This document shows, piece after piece, positions 52,263 to 60,584 of a DNA stretch of 64,000 bases; positions within the stretch are counted from its first letter, which is position 1, and each line of letters begins with the position of its first letter. Below the pieces are notes generated by a model that ran no database searches, was not told the DNA's origin, and worked only from the letters and a program-made list of their open reading frames with translations. The translations under genes were made by a program, and so were the position numbers. Origin of the DNA: Alphaproteobacteria bacterium. Its GTDB lineage: Bacteria > Pseudomonadota > Alphaproteobacteria > Rhodobacterales > Rhodobacteraceae. The stretch spans positions 7,088 to 71,087 of the forward strand of contig VGDE01000001.1 of assembly GCA_016869875.1 (NCBI GenBank), given 5' to 3'.

Positions 52263-53467
52263 TCGAGGCGGTCGATGCGCTGGTCATTGGTGCGGGCCCG
52301 GCAGGCCTGATGGCGGCCGAGACGCTGATGGCGCCGGGGCGGCAGGTGGTGGTGGCCGAAGCGATGCCCACGTCCGCGCGCAAGTTCCTGATGGCGGGCA
52401 AGTCGGGGCTGAACCTGACCAAGGACGAGCCGCTGCCCGACTTCCTGCAGCACTTTGCCGGCGGAAGCATGCCCCGGCAGTGCCCGGATTATCTGTCGCA
52501 GGATAAGAGCGACGCCTGGGGACCGGCCGAGGTGATGGCTTGGGCCCAGGGTCTGGGGGTGACGCTGTTCACCGGCTCGACCGGACGCGTTTTTCCGGTA
52601 GGCATGAAGGCATCGCCGCTGCTGCGGGCCTGGCTGGCGCGGCTGTCCGAAGGCGGGGTCGTTGTGCGCAACCGCTGGCGATGGACGGACCTGGCTGATG
52701 GCGTCTTTCGCTTCGACACCCCTGACGGGTCGCGACGGGTGCGCGCGCGGGCGGTGGTGCTGGCTCTGGGCGGCGCCAGCTGGCCACGGCTGGGGTCCGA
52801 TGGGAGCTGGGCCCCGATCCTGGCAGCGAAAGGCGTGCCGATCGCGCCGTTCCGGCCGGCCAACATGGGCCTGAAGGTCGCCTGGTCTCTGCCGATGCAG
52901 CGGCATCTGGGTGCCGCCGTGAAGGGCGTGGCGATCCACGCTGCAGGGCAGGTCAGCCGAGGTGAGTGGGTGATCGCCCGCACGGGGATCGAGGGCGGCG
53001 GCATTTACGAGATTGCGGCCCCGATCCGCGATGGTGCCCCGGCGACGGTCGATCTGGCCCCTGACATGGACCTTGATGCGCTGGCCCGCCGGTTTGACCG
53101 GGGGCGGGGCAAGCTGTCCCTGGGAAACTGGCTGCGCCGTCTCCTGGGGGACCCGGTCAAGGTGGCGCTGCTGCTGGAATGGGGCCAGCCGCTGCCGCGA
53201 GAGGCGCGTGCTTGGGCAGAGCTGTGCAAGGCCCTGCCGCTGCGCCACCAGGGCCCGATGGGACTGGATCGTGCGATCTCGTCGGCGGGCGGCATCACGG
53301 CCGGGGGCCTGACCAACCTGCAGGAACTGCGTGCGATGCCCGGCGTCTTTGCCGCGGGCGAGATGTTGGACTGGGAGGCGCCAACGGGCGGCTATCTGCT
53401 GACCGGCTGCATGGCCACCGGACGACGCGCTGGTCGCGCGGCTGCGGCAAGGCTGTCTGCGACCTGA
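52259..53467 (+). CDS. HI0933/BaiN-like flavoprotein (TIGR03862-type)
   Basis: GAGPAG, KFLMAGKSGLNLT, GGASWPRLGSDG, GEMLDWEAPTGGYLL. Confidence 0.92.
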   Translation: MIEAVDALVIGAGPAGLMAAETLMAPGRQVVVAEAMPTSARKFLMAGKSGLNLTKDEPLPDFLQHFAGGSMPRQCPDYLSQDKSDAWGPAEVMAWAQGLGVTLFTGSTGRVFPVGMKASPLLRAWLARLSEGGVVVRNRWRWTDLADGVFRFDTPDGSRRVRARAVVLALGGASWPRLGSDGSWAPILAAKGVPIAPFRPANMGLKVAWSLPMQRHLGAAVKGVAIHAAGQVSRGEWVIARTGIEGGGIYEIAAPIRDGAPATVDLAPDMDLDALARRFDRGRGKLSLGNWLRRLLGDPVKVALLLEWGQPLPREARAWAELCKALPLRHQGPMGLDRAISSAGGITAGGLTNLQELRAMPGVFAAGEMLDWEAPTGGYLLTGCMATGRRAGRAAAARLSAT

Positions 53468-53570
53468 GTCGCAGAAGCTCCTGGCGACGATGACGAATCG
53501 CCGCAGTGCAGCTATCGTGAAAGTTGGGGGGAGCCTTGCCAGTCGCCATGCTCTGGCCAGAGGGGTTCCG

Positions 53571-53780
53571 ATGACGCATACGATCACGCATTTCCTGCCC
53601 GAGGCCCGCTGCAGGATCGACGGCTTTGTCAGCCAGCTGGGTCCAAGGCCCGACCCGCAGCCGCCTGGCACCGGGCTGCCTGACGCAGGCGCCGGGCAGT
53701 CGCCCGCCGATCGCCCTGCCGATCCCGCGGCCGACACCGCCGGGTCGCAGGACCCTGATCAGGCCGCCGCGGCGCGCTGA
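53571..53780 (+). CDS. Small hypothetical protein (69 aa)
   Basis: GAGGGG RBS, fills a 290-bp gap; Pro/Asp/Ala-rich tail; 22-bp overlap with the convergent GST. Confidence 0.4.
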   Translation: MTHTITHFLPEARCRIDGFVSQLGPRPDPQPPGTGLPDAGAGQSPADRPADPAADTAGSQDPDQAAAAR

Positions 53781-54346
53781 TAGGCCGGGCGCTGCCGGAT
53801 CCGGTCGAGATAGTCCGACAGCCGGGCTTCGACGATCGGAAAGCGCGCAATCAGGGCCCAGTCCAGGCAGTGCCCCAGGATGATGTCCGGAACGGTCATC
53901 CTTTCGCCCATCAGGAACGGACCATCGGCCATGCGATGAACCAGGGTCTTTTGACTGGTTTCGAATTCCCACATCAGCGTGTTCTTGATGGCCGCAAGCC
54001 GCAACTCCTTGGGCAGGACAAAGCTGTGCCGCGCCGCCAGCCACAGCGCCGCATCGAATTCGTCCAGCAGAAACTGCGTCAGGCTGTCCTGCCGCGCCCG
54101 GTCCAGCGTCCCCGCCGGATGGGTGAACTGGCCGTGGCGGTCGGCCAGATAGGTCAGGATCGCGGTGGAGTCGGTGATGGGCGTTCCGTCGTCGATCAGC
54201 ACCGGGACCTTGCCTGCAGGATTGAACTGGGCCACCCCCTCGCTGCGCGGGTTTGCAGGGATGTGCTGGTAGGGCTGCCCCAGTTCCTCAAGCATCCACA
54301 GGGCGCGGAACGCCCTGGATCTTGCAGTGCCTATGACGCGGTACAT
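53759..54346 (-). CDS. Glutathione S-transferase family protein
   Basis: SRAFRALWMLEE, NPAGKVPVL, DSTAI, FLMGE..TVPD. Confidence 0.92.
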   Translation of the reverse strand: MYRVIGTARSRAFRALWMLEELGQPYQHIPANPRSEGVAQFNPAGKVPVLIDDGTPITDSTAILTYLADRHGQFTHPAGTLDRARQDSLTQFLLDEFDAALWLAARHSFVLPKELRLAAIKNTLMWEFETSQKTLVHRMADGPFLMGERMTVPDIILGHCLDWALIARFPIVEARLSDYLDRIRQRPAYQRAAAA

Positions 54347-54400
54347 GAACCCCTCCCTTTGTCGGGATCAGAGGCCAGGGCGCAGCCCGCGTCAAGCAGG

Positions 54401-54982
54401 TCAGGCGCGGCGGCAGGCCACCAGCTGCTGGCGGTACATCTCGGAGCGCTGTCCGACCTGGCCCGCAACCCGCATCAGCCAGCCCTTTTGCCGGTGGGAG
54501 CCGCGCGCGAACCCGCCCCGGCCTTCATGATAGGCCAGGTATTGCGAGGCGGCGTCATGTTTCGACAAACCCAGCTGCTGCTGGCTGCCGTGCATGTACC
54601 AGCCCATGAAGTCGGTCGCGTCGCGGATGTTGTCGCGCTTGGCGCGGCGGTTGTTGGTCGAACGCTGATACTCCTCCCATGTGCCGTCCAGGGCCTGGGA
54701 ATAGCCAAAGGCGCTGCTCTGCCGGCCGATCGGGATCACGCCCAGGGCATATTGGTGCGGTGTGCGCGCATCACCGATGAATTTCGATTCCTGGTACATC
54801 GTGGCCATCTGCACATGCACCGGCACGCCCCACTTCCGCTCGGTCTGGCGCATGGCGCGCAGATAGGCGGGACGTTCCGAGGCGATCGCGCATGCATTGT
54901 CCAGCTGTCGCGGCGCGCTGTAGTTGCCGCCGCCGCAGGAGGCGACCAGCCCCACAATGGCCAGCTTCAGTAGCCTGTTCAT
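54401..54982 (-). CDS. SLT-domain lytic transglycosylase-like lipoprotein
   Basis: Lipobox VASC, QES, SSAFGYSQA, YLAYHEG. Confidence 0.87.
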   Translation of the reverse strand: MNRLLKLAIVGLVASCGGGNYSAPRQLDNACAIASERPAYLRAMRQTERKWGVPVHVQMATMYQESKFIGDARTPHQYALGVIPIGRQSSAFGYSQALDGTWEEYQRSTNNRRAKRDNIRDATDFMGWYMHGSQQQLGLSKHDAASQYLAYHEGRGGFARGSHRQKGWLMRVAGQVGQRSEMYRQQLVACRRA

Positions 54983-55069
54983 TCTGCCCTCGTGCTGCTT
55001 GTTCTTTTGCGTTGCGGCCATATTACGGAAATTCACGCGCCGGTGAAATCACAAAGCCGGAACGGGCGG

Positions 55070-55447
55070 TCAGCCGGTCCCCTCGGGGCGCAGCAACGCG
55101 TTCAGGGCCTGAAGATTCTCGGCCCCCGCCTCGCGCAGCAGAGCCTCCAGGGCGCGGTAATGGTGCAGCACCTGCCGGCCCGTGGCTGTCACCGTCGCCC
55201 CGCCGCCGCCGGCACCGCCCCGCGCGCTGTCGATGACCGGATCTGCAAAGGCGATGTTCATCTCCTCGACCAGCGTCCAGGCGCGCTTGTAGCTCATCCC
55301 CATCTCGCGCGCGGCGGCCGAGATCGAGCCGAGGCGTGCGATGCGGGCCAGCAGTTCCGCCTTGCCTGGTCCCAGGATCAACGGGGAATCGTATTCCAGG
55401 CGCAGCTTGATGCGCAGCCGGGGGCCTCCGGTGGCGATCTGGGTCAT
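55070..55447 (-). CDS. ModE-like winged-helix regulator (no TOBE domain)
   Basis: LGPGKAELL, GSISAAAREMGMSYKRAW, RGG.GGGGA. Confidence 0.88.
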   Translation of the reverse strand: MTQIATGGPRLRIKLRLEYDSPLILGPGKAELLARIARLGSISAAAREMGMSYKRAWTLVEEMNIAFADPVIDSARGGAGGGGATVTATGRQVLHHYRALEALLREAGAENLQALNALLRPEGTG

Positions 55448-55465
55448 GGGGGCCTCGCTGCTTGC

Positions 55466-55488
55466 CGTTATTCCCCCCAAGCATAGCG
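55466..55488. promoter_or_regulatory. Candidate ModE/Mo-box-like operator
   Basis: CGTTAT-N11-ATAGCG inverted repeat 19 bp upstream of the ModE-like ATG. Confidence 0.45.
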
Positions 55489-55618
55489 ACGGTTCGCGTC
55501 GGCTGCAATTTGCTCGGGTCCCGCCCGCTGTCATGGAATGTCGCGACGGAATGCTGCCGGGTGCTTGCCCGGCGGAGCCCGGCCCTTATTCTTTCGCAAA
55601 GGCAAGAGGAGGCCCGCC

Positions 55619-56800
55619 ATGCCCGAAAACGAAATCGTCATCCTGTCCGGCGCCCGCACGGCCATCGGCACATTCGGGGGCAGCCTGGCTGCACTGCCGC
55701 CCATTGCCCTGGCCACGGCCGTCACGCGCGCCGCACTGGAGCGGGCACATGTCGCGCCCGACCGCATCGGGCAGGTGGTCTTTGGCCATGTGATCAACAC
55801 CGAGCCGCGCGACATGTATCTGAGCCGCGTCGCCATGCTGGAGGCGGGCATTCCCCATACGACGCCCGCGATGAACGTGAACCGCCTGTGCGGCTCTGGT
55901 GCGCAGGCGGTTGTTTCGGCCGCGCAGGCCCTGCTGCTGGGGGATGCGGATTTTGCCGTCGCCGGCGGCGCCGAAAGCATGAGCCGTTCGCCCTATGCCA
56001 TGTCCTCGGCGCGTTTCGGAGCCAAGATGGGCGACCAGATGATCCAGGACATGATGACCGGCGCACTGACCTGCCCGATGGGCACCGGCCACATGGGAGT
56101 GACGGCCGAAAATGTCGCCGCCGAGCATGGCATTACCCGCGAGCAGCAGGACGAGTTCGCGATGGAGTCGCAGCGGCGCGCGGCGGCGGCGATCGCGGCG
56201 GGGCATTTCCGCGACCAGATCGTGCCGATCGAGGTCAAGACCCGCAAGGGCCTGGTCGCATTTGACACGGACGAGCATCCCAAGGAAACCAGCGTTGAGA
56301 AGCTGGCCGGTCTGAAGCCCGTCTTTCAGAAAGGCGGGTCGGTGACGGCGGGCAATGCCAGCGGCATCAACGACGGGGCGGCCGCCCTTGTCCTGGCTCG
56401 CGCCCAAGCGGCCGAGGCCGCCGGGCTGGCGCCCCGCGCGCGCATTCGCGGCTATGCCGTCGCAGGCGTGCGTCCCGAGGTGATGGGCATCGGCCCGATC
56501 CCCGCGGTCGAGGCGCTGTTGGCCCGCACCGGGCTGAAGGCGGACCAGTTCGACGTGATCGAATCGAATGAAGCCTTTGCCGCGCAAGCCCTGGCCGTGA
56601 ACAAGGGCCTGGGGCTGGACCCGGCCCGCGTGAACCCCAATGGCGGCGCGATCGCATTGGGCCATCCCGTGGGGGCCACGGGCGCCATCCTGACCGTCAA
56701 GGCCTTGCACGAACTGGAGCGCACGGGCGGCCGCCTTGGGCTGATCACCATGTGCATCGGGGGCGGCCAGGGCATCGCGATCGCGATCGAGCGACTCTAG
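55619..56800 (+). CDS. Acetyl-CoA C-acyltransferase (thiolase, BktB-like)
   Basis: [28 protein letters not shown]. Confidence 0.95.
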   Translation: MPENEIVILSGARTAIGTFGGSLAALPPIALATAVTRAALERAHVAPDRIGQVVFGHVINTEPRDMYLSRVAMLEAGIPHTTPAMNVNRLCGSGAQAVVSAAQALLLGDADFAVAGGAESMSRSPYAMSSARFGAKMGDQMIQDMMTGALTCPMGTGHMGVTAENVAAEHGITREQQDEFAMESQRRAAAAIAAGHFRDQIVPIEVKTRKGLVAFDTDEHPKETSVEKLAGLKPVFQKGGSVTAGNASGINDGAAALVLARAQAAEAAGLAPRARIRGYAVAGVRPEVMGIGPIPAVEALLARTGLKADQFDVIESNEAFAAQALAVNKGLGLDPARVNPNGGAIALGHPVGATGAILTVKALHELERTGGRLGLITMCIGGGQGIAIAIERL

Positions 56801-56826
56801 CCCGTCCCATTTCGGCACCTGTCCAG

Positions 56827-56856
56827 AACTGGTCCGGTTTCCGGACCGGTTTTTTC
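56827..56856 (+). terminator. Palindrome: thiolase terminator and/or FadR-family (LldR-like) operator
   Basis: AACTGGTCCGG-TTT-CCGGACCGGTT followed by a T-tract. Confidence 0.5.
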
Positions 56857-56914
56857 TTGCATTTCGTTTCTGTCCATCCCCGAGTGATACGGACAAATCG
56901 AAGAGGAGAACGAG

Positions 56915-58669
56915 GTGTCACAGGGAGTTCTGTTCATTGCGGCCGCGTTGCCGGTTGCGGTGGTCTTTATTTTGCTGGTGGTGATGCGCCGGTCGGCCAA
57001 GCTGTCGATGCTGACCGCTTATCTGGTGACGGTGGCGCTGGCGCTGGTGCTGTGGGGGGCACCGGCCGCGCGGGTGGCGGGGGCAACCGTCAATGGTCTG
57101 GTGACGGCGGTCACGCTGCTCTACATCGTCTTCGGGGCGATCCTTTTGTTGTACACCGTCCAGGAGTCGGGCGCGATCCGGACGATCCGGCGCGGGTTCA
57201 CGGACATCTCGCCTGACCGGCGCATCCAGGCGATCATCATTGCCTGGATGTTCGGGTCGCTGATCGAAGGAGCCTCGGGCTTTGGCACGCCTGCTGCCGT
57301 CGCCGCGCCGCTGCTGCTGGCCATCGGATTTCCGGCCATGGCGGCTGTTATGGTCACACTGATCATCCAGTCCACGCCGGTGTCCTTTGGCGCGGTCGGG
57401 ACGCCGATGCTGGTCGGCATCACCAACGGGCTGTCCAACAGCGCCGAGGTCGATGCGGCCATCGGGCCCATGGCGGTCGCGGATTATGTCCCCGTCGTCG
57501 CCGCGCAGGTGGCGCTGGTCCATGCGCTGGTCGGCATCCTGATCCCGCTGTTCATGGTGGGGATGCTGACGCGGTTCTTTGGCACCAGCCGCAGCTTTGC
57601 CGAAGGTTTCCGCGCCTGGAAGTTCGCAGTCTTTGCCGGTCTGGCCTTCACGCTTCCCTACCTGCTGGTGGCGCGGGTGCTGGGGCCCGAATTCCCGTCG
57701 CTTCTGGGAGGGCTGATCGGTCTGATGATCGTCGTGCCGGCGGCACGGGCCGGCCTGTTCCTGCCGCGCGACCGGTTCGAGTTCCCGTCCCGCGACCGGT
57801 GGCAGGCTGGCTGGCAGGGCAGCGTCCAGCCAGCCGAGGCTGACGCCGAACTGGGTCCGCAAGGGCGGAGCATCTCGTTGCTGACGGCCTGGATGCCCTA
57901 CGTGATCGTGGCGATCCTTCTGGTGCTGACGCGGACCATCGCGCCGCTGAAGGCATGGCTGACCGGGCCTGACACGACGATCGCGCTGACGAACCTGTTC
58001 GGGTCCGGCATCAACGCATCGGCGCAGTTCCTGTATTCGCCGGGAACGGTGATGATCATCGCCTCGCTGATCTCGGTCGCGCTGTTCCGCATGCGCGGGC
58101 GCGACTATGGCCGGGCTTGGGCTATCTCGGGGCGGACGATGCTGGCGGCGGCGCCCGCGCTGCTTCTGGCGGTGCCGATGGTGCAGGTCTTCATCAATTC
58201 CGGCTCTGACGGGATGCCGTCCATGCCGATCACGCTGGCCCAGGGCATGGCATCGGCGACGGGCGCGTCCTGGCCGCTGTTTGCCCCGGTGGTCGGCGCA
58301 CTTGGCGCCTTTATCGCGGGATCGAACACGGTGTCGAACATGATGTTCGCGCTGTTCCAGTTCTCGACCGCGCAGGGCATCGGGCTGGACCTGGCGGGAA
58401 TCACCACCGTGGTCGTGCTGCAGGCGGTCGGCGGGGCGGCGGGCAACATGATCTGCGTGCACAACGTCGTTGCGGCCTCCGCCACCGTCGGGCTGGTCGA
58501 CCGCGAAGGGGACCTGATTCGCAAGACGCTGATCCCGATGGTCTATTATGTCGTGCAGGCGGGGCTGATCGGCATGGCGCTGATCACCGGCGGCCTGTGG
58601 TGGGCGGCGGCGCTGGTCTGGGCCATGATCGTTGTGCTGGCCATGCGTACGAATCGGGCGCGCGGCTGA
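56915..58669 (+). CDS. L-lactate permease
   Basis: [39 protein letters not shown]. Confidence 0.93.
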   Translation: MSQGVLFIAAALPVAVVFILLVVMRRSAKLSMLTAYLVTVALALVLWGAPAARVAGATVNGLVTAVTLLYIVFGAILLLYTVQESGAIRTIRRGFTDISPDRRIQAIIIAWMFGSLIEGASGFGTPAAVAAPLLLAIGFPAMAAVMVTLIIQSTPVSFGAVGTPMLVGITNGLSNSAEVDAAIGPMAVADYVPVVAAQVALVHALVGILIPLFMVGMLTRFFGTSRSFAEGFRAWKFAVFAGLAFTLPYLLVARVLGPEFPSLLGGLIGLMIVVPAARAGLFLPRDRFEFPSRDRWQAGWQGSVQPAEADAELGPQGRSISLLTAWMPYVIVAILLVLTRTIAPLKAWLTGPDTTIALTNLFGSGINASAQFLYSPGTVMIIASLISVALFRMRGRDYGRAWAISGRTMLAAAPALLLAVPMVQVFINSGSDGMPSMPITLAQGMASATGASWPLFAPVVGALGAFIAGSNTVSNMMFALFQFSTAQGIGLDLAGITTVVVLQAVGGAAGNMICVHNVVAASATVGLVDREGDLIRKTLIPMVYYVVQAGLIGMALITGGLWWAAALVWAMIVVLAMRTNRARG

Positions 58670-58671
58670 GG

Positions 58672-58702
58672 CAAAGGAAAAGGGCGGCCTTTGGCCGCCC
58701 TT
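58672..58702. terminator. Probably bidirectional intrinsic terminator
   Basis: AAGGGCGGCC-TTT-GGCCGCCCTT; minus-strand tail UUUUCCUUU. Confidence 0.75.
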
Positions 58703-58945
58703 GTCTGTCAGAAGCTCCTGGTCGCTGCCGGAGGCTTCGAACTGGGAACGGGCCGCCCAGATGAGGCGACCCGCGAGATCCACGGAGATGGTCCGGTTAG
58801 GGATGGGTAAGCATCCGGTCCCAATCAGGGGTTACGACCCTCGGGGCTGCCCTCAGGCCACGGCCCCCCTGACTGTTCCGACACCTCTCTCCAATATCAC
58901 TCTCGACACTGGACCACCTCCTTTCAAAAGATTGCCGTTATAAGC
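58675..58945 (-). ncRNA. Candidate structured sORF-bearing RNA with extended Shine-Dalgarno
   Basis: Own promoter-like elements, 17-nt SD, 18-codon ORF, several hairpins, terminator. Confidence 0.6.
58853..58909 (-). CDS. Small ORF MSRVILERGVGTVRGAVA (18 aa)
   Basis: GTG start 7 nt after GGAGG within GAAAGGAGGTGGTCCAG; TGA stop at 58855-58853. Confidence 0.55.
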   Translation of the reverse strand: MSRVILERGVGTVRGAVA

Positions 58946-58975
58946 AGAGGGTGCCACAGATCGAAATTCTGTCAA
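58937..58975 (-). promoter_or_regulatory. Candidate sigma70 promoter(s) for the sORF RNA
   Basis: TTGACA (58975-58970) with CACCCT at a 16-nt spacer; alternatively TTCGAT-N17-TATAAC. Confidence 0.5.
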
Positions 58976-59578
58976 TCAGCTTTCGTGCCGTTGCCGCAAC
59001 AAATTGCGCACGATCAGCCGGAACGGCACAAGGGCAAGTAGTGCCAGACAAAGTTTGACCAGCCAGTCAGCAACTGCCAACGAAACCCACAGGCGGGTGA
59101 CCGGTCCCTGCCCAAGCAGCGGAACGGCCTCGTTCGCCCAGCCCGTGTTGATGTCGGCGGGCAATGCCGCCGAAAAGGCGATGCCGAAGAACAAGGCCGT
59201 GTCGAGCGCCGAGCCGATCAGCGTCGAGGCCAGCGGCGCCCGCCACCAGCGCCCGTCGCGCAGCCTGTCGAACACCGCGATGTCCACAAGCTGGGCCACC
59301 AGAAAGGCCGTTCCCGAGGCCAGGGCGATTCGCAGGGTCGTTGCCTGAAGACCGGCGGCGACCAGCGAGCAGGCCACCCCGACGACAAAGCCCGCCAGAA
59401 CGACCCGGCGCGCGGCCGCAGGGCCATAGACGCGGTTCATCACATCCGTCACCAGAAAGGCCAGCGGATAGGTAAAGGCGCCCCAGGTCAGCCAGTCGCC
59501 GATCACGAATTGCACAAGGACGTTGGAGGCCACGACAATGGCGGCCATGGCAAGGATGCCGGGCAGAAAGCGGGTCAT
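58976..59578 (-). CDS. Queuosine precursor transporter (YhhQ/VUT family)
   Basis: ASNVLVQ, TWGAFTYP..FLVTD, RIALASGTAFL.AQLVD, DT..FF. Confidence 0.92.
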   Translation of the reverse strand: MTRFLPGILAMAAIVVASNVLVQFVIGDWLTWGAFTYPLAFLVTDVMNRVYGPAAARRVVLAGFVVGVACSLVAAGLQATTLRIALASGTAFLVAQLVDIAVFDRLRDGRWWRAPLASTLIGSALDTALFFGIAFSAALPADINTGWANEAVPLLGQGPVTRLWVSLAVADWLVKLCLALLALVPFRLIVRNLLRQRHES

Positions 59579-59584
59579 CGCTGA

Positions 59585-59638
59585 TTTTCCGTTTTACAAG
59601 GTTGCGGAAGAACTCGGCCCCGGCAGGTTGCGGGGCAG
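59585..59638 (-). promoter_or_regulatory. Candidate preQ1-I-like riboswitch/leader
   Basis: CGAG-UUCUUCCGCAAC-CUUG stem-loop, then UAAAA-CGGAA able to pair with loop UUCCG and cover the RBS. Confidence 0.5.
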
Positions 59639-59669
59639 CGCGGCCCTTACGCCCTGCCGCTCCGCCTTG

Positions 59670-60584
59670 TCAATTCCGCAGGGCCTGCCGGTCGCTGTCG
59701 CGCAGGCGGAACTCGACGATCTCGGTGCGCTGCACGAACAGGAAGTTGTCGTCCGAGATCAGCGTGACCCGGATGTCCTGTCCGTCGTGCCAGACCGAGA
59801 TGCCTTCGAGGTTGTCATATTGCATCGGCCAGCTTTCCAGCAGGATCTCCTCGTCCTGCGGCCCGTCCGGGCCCAGCTGCATCCGCCGGACGCGCGAGGT
59901 AAAGCCAAAGCCGCGAAAGTCCCGCTCCAGCAGATAGAAGAGGCCATCCGGCCCGAAATCGGCGCCCACGGGCAGCCAGCGCGGATCGCGGCGGATCTGC
60001 GTCAGTTCCGACCAGCCGCCATCGAAGGTCAGGACGGTGAACGGCGTTTCCGGCGTGGCCGAGCGTTCCGGCACGGCGACCAGCGTGCCGTCCGGACGGA
60101 TTGCCAAGGCCTCCAACCCCGAATTCGCGCCCATTCCCGGCAGGCGCGGGGGACGCGGAAGACGGGCGGCAGGGGCCTCCGGATGGTCATAGCTTGCCAG
60201 CCGGTGCAGCCCTTCGAAGCTGACCCAGATGCGGCCGTCGGCATCGATGGCCAGGCCCTCGCTGTCGCCGGTGCGCCCGGGGGGCAGAGGATTGCCCTTG
60301 CTGTCCCGCAGGTTGGCGCGACCGTCGATGGACAGGCCTTGGATGACGCCTTGGCCGTCCCGCGCGATCTGGCCCCAGTAAAGATGCGCCTGGTCGGTCA
60401 AGGCATGGAACGCGTCGCCCCCTTGACTGATCTCGATGCCGGAAAAGCCGCCAAAGCTGGGATCGTCGTCACGCCAGACATGGGTGCCGACATAATCAAG
60501 AACCGCGCCTGCATGGGCAGGCGCGGTCGTCAGGGCCAGCATCAGGGCTGACGAGATCAGGGCGCGCCGGCGACGGTGCGGCAT
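59670..60584 (-). CDS. Esterase-like activity of phytase family protein
   Basis: FGGFSG, DSEGL, NSGLEAL, DNLEG, LISDDNF. Confidence 0.88.
   Translation of the reverse strand: MPHRRRRALISSALMLALTTAPAHAGAVLDYVGTHVWRDDDPSFGGFSGIEISQGGDAFHALTDQAHLYWGQIARDGQGVIQGLSIDGRANLRDSKGNPLPPGRTGDSEGLAIDADGRIWVSFEGLHRLASYDHPEAPAARLPRPPRLPGMGANSGLEALAIRPDGTLVAVPERSATPETPFTVLTFDGGWSELTQIRRDPRWLPVGADFGPDGLFYLLERDFRGFGFTSRVRRMQLGPDGPQDEEILLESWPMQYDNLEGISVWHDGQDIRVTLISDDNFLFVQRTEIVEFRLRDSDRQALRN

Noticed and set aside
53472-53484. 13-nt identity CAGAAGCTCCTGG with 58709-58721 as a possible RNA target site
   Set aside because: A 13-mer match between a ~270-nt RNA and a 64-kb window is roughly expected by chance.
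58832-58855. Selenocysteine read-through of the sORF TGA
   Set aside because: Read-through would add only about 7 residues before a TAA, and I cannot support a SECIS element.
58909-58925. 16S rRNA gene fragment (CTGGACCACCTCCTTTC on the + strand)
   Set aside because: Similarity is limited to 17 nt and the flanks are not rRNA or ITS-like; better explained as an extended SD on the minus strand.
58632-58943. 103-aa plus-strand ORF
   Set aside because: It starts inside the lactate permease gene, crosses a terminator and has no RBS; the minus-strand signals are much stronger.
58675-58945. tmRNA, 6S, SRP or RNase P RNA
   Set aside because: No tRNA-like acceptor/T-arm or ANDN tag, no long end-to-end 6S duplex, and no SRP or RNase P consensus seen.
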